This document shows, one piece after another, positions 38,493-40,388 of a DNA stretch of 40,388 nt. The first letter of the stretch is position 1. Each line of letters begins with the position of its first letter. The translations under genes were made by a program, and so were the position numbers. The stretch covers positions 1-40,388 of the forward strand of contig SKTQ01000052.1 of the NCBI GenBank assembly GCA_007122505.1, in the 5' to 3' direction. Origin of the DNA: Bacteroidales bacterium. GTDB lineage: Bacteria > Bacteroidota > Bacteroidia > Bacteroidales > UBA7960. The notes below the pieces were generated by a model that searched no databases, had not been told where the DNA came from, and was given only the letters and a program-made list of their open reading frames with translations.

Positions 38493-40388
38493 CTACTCAG
38501 CGTAGTCCATTTTCGCATAGCGCATATACATATTATAGCGCCAGCGTGCATTTTCTTCGGCGGTTTTGAAAATTTCGCCGGCTTCTCTTGGGAATGCTTT
38601 TTTCAGCGAGCTAAACCTCACCTCCGAGTCAAGGAAGTCCTGGAATTTGCTCCAGTCCGGTTCTTTGCTGTCCATCTGGAAAGGATTTTTGCCTTCTGCC
38701 TCCAGCATTGGGTTGTAGCGGTAGAGTTGCCAGTAACCGGCTTCAACAGCATCCTTAGTCTGCTGCTGGGTGCTACCCATACCCTTTCTGAGACCATGGT
38801 TAATACATGGTGAATAAGCGATAATAACGCTGGGGCCGGGATAAGCTTCCGCCTCCCTGATGGCTTTCAGGAACTGATTTTGGTTGGCACCCATACCAAC
38901 CTGTGCCACATAAACATACCCATAGGTCATGGCCATAAGACCCAAATCTTTTTTCCTGATTCGCTTACCGGCAGCTGCAAATTTCGCGATTGCCCCTATT
39001 GGAGTAGCTTTGGAAGCCTGACCACCGGTATTGGAATATACTTCGGTATCCATTACAAGCAAGTTTACGTCTTCTCCGGTGGCGATTACATGATCCAGCC
39101 CGCCAAATCCGATATCATACGCCCATCCGTCACCACCAAACATCCATACTGATTTTTTCACCAGGTACTGTTTGAGGTCAAGGATTTGTTTTGTGATGGG
39201 GCTTTTTTCCTTTTCAAGCGCTGCAACAACCTTTTCAGAAGCTTCCCTGGATTTATCACCATCATTTTTGTTTTCAAGCCATTCCTTAAATGCTTCGCGG
39301 GTTTCATTCTTTAACTCGCCGTCCATGGCCGATTCCATCAGTCTGGCTATCCGTTCGCGCAGTTTATTTACCCCGGTGGCCATCCCAAAACCGTATTCAG
39401 CATTGTCTTCAAACAGGGAGTTTGCCCAGGCGGGCCCTTTCCCGTCTTTGTTGATGGTATAAGGTGTGGCCGGCGCCGAACCACCATAGATTGATGAACA
39501 TCCGGTGGCATTGGCGATCATCATTCGATCACCATACAATTGCGTAATCAGTTTGATGTAAGGTGTTTCACCGCATCCTGCACATGCTCCGCTAAACTCA
39601 AAGAGGGGTTGTGCAAACTGGCTGTTTTTGACTGATTGGTATTTATTCAGGAGGGTATCTTTGTATGATACATTCTGTGACACCCAGTCCCAATGCTTGT
39701 CTTCATGCATCTGGTCGTCCAGCAGCTTCATTTCCAACGCTTTTTCCTTGGATGGACAAACATCCAAACAGTTGCCGCAACCGGTACAGTCGAGCGGGCT
39801 GATTTGCATGCGATACATGAGTCCGGCAAGTGATTTTCCTTTGGCTTCAACCACTTCAAGGGTCTTCGGTGCTGCTTTCATTTCTTTTTCATCCAACAGG
39901 AATGGCCTGATCACGGAATGCGGACAAACATAAGCGCACTGGTTACACTGGATACAGTTTTCCTTAATCCATTCGGGCACATGCACGGCAATACCGCGTT
40001 TTTCATAGGCAGTTGTTCCGGGTGGGAATGTGCCGTCTTCCCTGTTCAGGAAGGCACTGACGGGCAGGTCATCACCCTTTTGGCTGTTGATGGGATAAAC
40101 AATATTGCGTATAAACTCCGGTACATCCTGTTTCAGTTTCAGCACCACTTCAGGACTGGCCTTTTTCCAATCAGCGGGAATCTCAATTTTTTCAACATTA
40201 CCACCTTCATCCACGGCTGCATTGTTCATCTTCACAATCTCCTCCCCTTTCCGGCCATAGGTTTTGTAAATGGCGTCCTTCATTTCATTCACTGCCTTCT
40301 CATAGGGGATCACCTCCGCCAGTTTAAAGAAGGAACTTTGCATGATGGTGTTGGTTCTGCCTCCCAGGCCGATGCGCTCAGCAATTTC
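38493..40388 (-). CDS. nifJ: Pyruvate:ferredoxin (flavodoxin) oxidoreductase, C-terminal ~630 codons (gene continues past the right edge)
   Basis: Two 4Fe-4S motifs (CIQCNQCAYVCP, CTGCGNCLDVCP) and a TPP-binding GGDGWAYDIG. The frame stays open upstream of the track's ATG (EIAERIGLGGRTNTIMQSSFF...) to base 40388. Confidence 0.94.
   Translation of the reverse strand, partial: EIAERIGLGGRTNTIMQSSFFKLAEVIPYEKAVNEMKDAIYKTYGRKGEEIVKMNNAAVDEGGNVEKIEIPADWKKASPEVVLKLKQDVPEFIRNIVYPINSQKGDDLPVSAFLNREDGTFPPGTTAYEKRGIAVHVPEWIKENCIQCNQCAYVCPHSVIRPFLLDEKEMKAAPKTLEVVEAKGKSLAGLMYRMQISPLDCTGCGNCLDVCPSKEKALEMKLLDDQMHEDKHWDWVSQNVSYKDTLLNKYQSVKNSQFAQPLFEFSGACAGCGETPYIKLITQLYGDRMMIANATGCSSIYGGSAPATPYTINKDGKGPAWANSLFEDNAEYGFGMATGVNKLRERIARLMESAMDGELKNETREAFKEWLENKNDGDKSREASEKVVAALEKEKSPITKQILDLKQYLVKKSVWMFGGDGWAYDIGFGGLDHVIATGEDVNLLVMDTEVYSNTGGQASKATPIGAIAKFAAAGKRIRKKDLGLMAMTYGYVYVAQVGMGANQNQFLKAIREAEAYPGPSVIIAYSPCINHGLRKGMGSTQQQTKDAVEAGYWQLYRYNPMLEAEGKNPFQMDSKEPDWSKFQDFLDSEVRFSSLKKAFPREAGEIFKTAEENARWRYNMYMRYAKMDYAE

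Overview
This window looks like core Bacteroidota chromosome. The lineage call rests on several sequence features: a T9SS C-terminal sorting domain, TAnnTTTG -7 promoter boxes upstream of many genes, a DUF4290-murA pair, secY-map-infA order without adk, and little Shine-Dalgarno signal.

Bases ~3267-21821 (minus strand) hold an uninterrupted run of 33 genes from rpsL to rplQ, covering the str, S10, spc and alpha ribosomal operons. I added rpmJ by hand because it is too short for the ORF track. To the left, all on the minus strand, are eno, a T9SS-secreted endonuclease/exonuclease/phosphatase-fold protein, and the 5' end of a Na/Pi cotransporter gene, which I also translated by hand.

To the right are:
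- an S9-family serine peptidase (minus strand);
- a plus-strand run: UvrD/PcrA-type helicase, DUF4290, murA, grpE, dnaJ, an ABC-2 ATPase and permease pair, and an NtrC-type sigma-54 activator;
- an Ere-family esterase lipoprotein (minus strand);
- a signal-peptide outer-membrane beta-barrel candidate of unknown function and an amidohydrolase-2 protein (plus strand);
- the C-terminal ~630 codons of pyruvate:ferredoxin oxidoreductase (minus strand, running off the right edge).

I saw no rRNA, tRNA, CRISPR array, transposase or integrase, and no obvious defence island. I did not find a convincing undescribed multi-gene system; this is mostly an ordinary housekeeping region. The best leads are modest:
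- a 159-nt structured spacer with a promoter motif between rplP and rpmC;
- an L17 with a ~180-aa acidic repeat tail;
- an orphan sigma-54 activator with no DNA-binding domain and a GSFTSA loop;
- a 584-bp divergent intergenic region with nested inverted repeats beside the unknown beta-barrel protein;
- a MurA with Asp at the fosfomycin-target Cys position.

All RNA helices and promoter calls were made by eye and are inference.
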